This document shows positions 61,801 to 64,000 of a stretch of DNA of 64,000 nucleotides, one piece after another. The stretch covers positions 4,960,001 to 5,024,000 of the forward strand of contig CM035362.1 in NCBI GenBank assembly GCA_020137815.1, written 5' to 3'. Each line of letters begins with the position of its first letter. Position 1 is the first letter of the stretch. The notes below the pieces were generated by a model, which saw only the letters and a program-made list of their open reading frames with translations, made no database searches and was not told the origin of the DNA. The DNA comes from Hormiphora californensis. Lineage: Eukaryota; Animalia; Ctenophora. The translations under genes were made by a program, and so were the position numbers.

Positions 61801-63037
61801 GTCGGACCCCGATTTAACGGCACCCTCGGGGGAAAGGGTTTTGTCCGTTAAATCGGGGTGTCCGTTAAATCGGGGTAGAGCATATTTGGCCCATAAAACC
61901 CTATTTTTGTCCAAAATGCTATACTAAAACACCTCTAAGTGTTAAATGCAATATCCATGACATACAGTCGGACCCCGATTTACCGGGCCCCGATTTACCG
62001 GAACCCCGATTTACCGGAAGGATAAACTTCCCCGATATAGGAAATTAACGGTTTATCACCCCGATATACCGGGCACCCCGATTTACCGGGCAAAACCCTT
62101 TCCCCCGAGCATCCCGGTAAATCGGGGTCCGACTGTACATTGTATTGATTACATGATGATTTCTGGTTAGAAAAAGAAATTTTTTTTTCAAAACTTCAAA
62201 AAAAGTTATAAAAATTTTCTTAGGTACTATATCAACCACGTCTGAATCGTTTATCGAATCAGTGCATCTTATCGCATGTCTTGCTGCTAATTAGACGGTT
62301 CGAAACGAACCGATACGTGATACCATGCCGAATCGAGGCAATTTAAGCGGGTGAGGAAAAATTCGAATTTCAAAATATCTTTTTCTCTGAAAATTAATTG
62401 GGAGCACCGATCAAAGCATTGACAATCATTCTGTAAAATTTTGTAAAAAAAAGTTATGAAAATTATATCAACCACGTACGAATCGTGTTTCAAATCAGTG
62501 CATGTTATCGCACGTCCTGTCGCTAATTAGACGGTTCGAAACAAACCGATACGTGATCCCCATGGGGCCAGTTTAACAAGCGTCAAAATTGCGATTCGAT
62601 GGGCTTCATGGGGATCACATATCTGTTCGTTTCGAACCGTCTAATTACCGGTAAGACATGCGATAAGATGCACCGATTCGAAACACGATTCGGACGTGGT
62701 TGGTACACCAAAAAATTTTGGGGGAAATTTATCCTGCCGTTAAATCGGGGTGCCGCTAAATCGGGGGCCGTTAAATCGGGGTCCGACTGTATATAAATAT
62801 TCATTTCTGATTCATTTGATAATATTATATTCTGCATGGCAGCTACGAAGCTGAAATCAATAATTCATGACCACTATAATTATCAATTAATTCTCCACAG
62901 GTAATCCAGTACTGGTATTGGCGGGTACCGGCCGTGCAGCAGACCTCATTTCCTTTGCACTGAAGGAAGTCTCAGAGAGAGTTGTCATGGACGTGCGGAC
63001 AAACAAACTGACTACTGAACACGTCCTACAGTTCAAG
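46847..63037 (+). CDS. TRPM: TRPM-family cation channel, N-terminal MHR1/2 (SLOG) region; continues beyond the window
   Basis: Exons 50191-50270, 50384-50537, 50739-50809, 50994-51147, 60121-60215, 61162-61292, 61525-61707, 62901-63037 splice in frame: PWIEEHIECRDC..KCQCG, NAYGRIKF, WNLAAPNLLISVTGGAK, AWVITGG, IGIATWG, LDSNHTHFLLADNG, CVEGGPNT, PVLVLAGTGRAAD. Candidate first coding exons: 46847-46975 or 49865-49939. Confidence 0.95.
47224..47311. repeat. Near-perfect 88-bp palindrome
   Basis: ATGAACGGTTCATTTAGTGAGTTTTTTAGCTTCCTAAAGTATA-C-TATACTTTAGGAAGCTAAAAAAACTCACTAAATGAACCGTTCAT. Confidence 0.95.
47550..48245. repeat. Interspersed repeat with ACTTATAACAC motifs and a terminal hairpin; inverted relative at about 63205-63480
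   Basis: About 32-bp tandem units at 47557-47660; CTCGCAGGCTCG motifs; CACTCGACCTTCGGTCTCGTG hairpin mirrors CACGAGGCCGAAGGCCGAGTG at 63211. Confidence 0.7.
49672..49780 (+). mobile_element. hAT-type MITE, TSD CTGACAGT
   Basis: Same family as 35494; perfect 8-bp TSD. Confidence 0.92.
50545..50690. repeat. About 31-34 bp tandem repeat at a TRPM intron 5' end
   Basis: TGTCACGTGTTGACCATATATGGGYRTTTTAG, about 4.5 copies, starting 7 nt after the donor. Confidence 0.9.
51750..59823 (-). CDS. Nested antisense gene: secreted or surface multidomain protein (signal peptide, F5/8C / F-type-lectin-like domains, sushi-like module, unknown beta-rich domains); 3' end uncertain
   Basis: Phase-compatible exons 59681-59823 (MLCWFAALLIPWSSG...), 59391-59538 (DYWQIEFPIELYISEISVV), 58527-58579, 58379-58459, 58154-58248 (ADTIKIKGDVGRLLSLEKISIRG), about 57921-58022 and 57679-57824; sushi-like exon about 56173-56307 (GTIINVYCHPIY...CLDG...SCQ); long exon about 55500-56005. 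Linkage of the distal exons is not proven. Confidence 0.72.
52010..53165. mobile_element. Non-autonomous TIR element, PIF/Harbinger-like
   Basis: CTGGGGCTCTTCGACGAAACTTTAAGCACACT ... AGTGTGCTTAAAGTTTCGTCGAAGAGCCCCAG; no clean TSD resolved. Confidence 0.75.
53295..55003. repeat. About 670-bp inverted duplication (53295-53967 / 54331-55003)
   Basis: Mirror ORFs 53478-53708(+) and 54593-54820(-); each arm contains a TATACCCTGCT...AGCAGGGTATA-bounded sub-element. Confidence 0.92.
53973..55154. mobile_element. MULE-like TIR element (TTGGTGACAWAGACACC termini)
   Basis: About 105-bp inverted ends 53973-54081 / 55050-55154; eroded 9-bp flanks ATACCCACC / ATACCTGCA; short relatives at 48286 and 61716. 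Confidence 0.7.
56085..56176. repeat. 18-bp tandem repeat (5 copies) spanning a minus-strand splice donor
   Basis: Minus-strand unit CAAT|GTATGTGTACTACA. Confidence 0.92.
56939..57110. mobile_element. Short CAGTCGGACCCC-family MITE, TA TSD
   Basis: Both TIRs present, flanked by TA. Confidence 0.9.
58589..59214 (+). mobile_element. Non-autonomous Helitron, second copy
   Basis: TC...CTAG at an A^T site with the same hairpin; closely similar to 22314-22911. Confidence 0.93.
59274..59382 (+). mobile_element. hAT-type MITE
   Basis: Same family as 35494; eroded TSD ATAATTAC / ACAGTTAC. Confidence 0.88.
61037..61146 (+). mobile_element. hAT-type MITE
   Basis: Same family; ends about 15 nt before the TRPM acceptor at 61161. 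Confidence 0.85.
61716..61774. mobile_element. MULE-like mini-MITE with 9-bp TSD GGTAATGTT / GGTAATATT
   Basis: TTGGTGACATAGACACCTGG ... CCAGGTGTCTATGTCACCAA. Confidence 0.85.
61799..62789. mobile_element. CAGTCGGACCCC-family MITE with a short family member nested at 61965-62135
   Basis: Outer and inner TIR pairs each flanked by TA; internal sequence colinear with 32209-33058. Confidence 0.9.
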
Positions 63038-63051
63038 GTATAACTTCATTG

Positions 63052-63160
63052 CAGGAACCGACCGAATCAAGAAATACTGGTCCCTGATTGGCTGATAACC
63101 AGTCACGTGACCTAAATATCGAGTTATGATTGGTTGTTTACTTGTGTCGGTCGGTTCCTG
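63052..63160 (+). mobile_element. hAT-type MITE
   Basis: Same family; starts 14 nt after the TRPM donor at 63037. Confidence 0.88.
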
Positions 63161-63505
63161 GTTATTATATGATTAGATGACTGGTTAAAATGGTCTATTA
63201 CTTTTTAGTGCACGAGGCCGAAGGCCGAGTGCTCTAAATACAACAACAATGAACCGAGACCGATAGGTCGAGGTAGATCCTTTTACTTAGCTGCCGAGCC
63301 TGCGAGGCACGCTAAGTGTAACTACTGAGCGAGCCTGCGAGCTCTGTAGTTGTACTTTTGGGCCGAGCCTGCGAGGCCTAAAAGTGAAAGAATCTTTAAC
63401 ATTATTGTTGTGTAATAGAGCATGTAAAAGCAGTCATCTAATTTTATTAGATGATTTTGAAAACAAACTGAGTGAACGAGATAAAGATTGAGCGAGTGAG
63501 TGAGT

Positions 63506-63561
<56 letters not shown>

Positions 63562-63741
63562 TGTGCAGTAGTCACTACTGCACAGTGAACACGCCCTAAC
63601 CCTTATCTTTTCTTCCACTCTGCAACTATAAGTCACGTGATCGTCACGTGATGGCACCACCCCAATGAGCGTCCTGCATCTGCTTTCCCTCTCTGCCTTC
63701 GATTCTCTCTTTTCCTATCTCTCTCTCTCTCTCACACACAC

Positions 63742-63848
<107 letters not shown>

Positions 63849-64000
63849 TAATCTATATCTCGTTCACTCAGTTTGTAATGTTTGTAATGTTCACACTGTG
63901 TGCGTGTGACTAGAAAGTGTCTAATTTTTCACATACCACTGCAACGGTATTTTACTTTATAATTACTAGTGTTTTTGCAGTGGTCTAAAATTTCACAGTA

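Overview
Repeat-rich, intron-containing animal genomic DNA. An invertebrate is likely; a ctenophore-like origin is only a guess from gene style. Exon chains I could splice by hand: (1) a minus-strand HNF4/NR2-like nuclear receptor ligand-binding domain (302-4307), (2) a frameshifted C2H2 zinc-finger gene (30625-32156), (3) an atypical SDR/epimerase-fold protein with a signal peptide and C-terminal RTEL (35011-38418), (4) the 5' half of a TRPM channel (46847 to beyond 63037), and (5) a secreted multidomain gene nested antisense in a 9-kb TRPM intron (about 51750-59823). Two diverged R4-clade RT-RLE non-LTR retrotransposons lie head-to-tail (about 11290-24030). Each has twin Myb-like domains, a conserved structured leader, its own G-rich higher-order repeat array at the 5' end, and a long 3' region with no visible tail. 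There are many non-autonomous DNA transposons (Kolobok-, hAT-, MULE-, Tc1/pogo-, Harbinger-like, Helitron). The most striking pattern is that tandem repeats and transposon TSDs repeatedly duplicate splice donors: 19 copies in the nuclear receptor gene, and the three donor-retaining tandem repeats all have 3n spacing. About 4.4-12.9 kb is homopolymer-inflated and probably poor consensus. All coordinates and alignments were done by eye; no searches were run.
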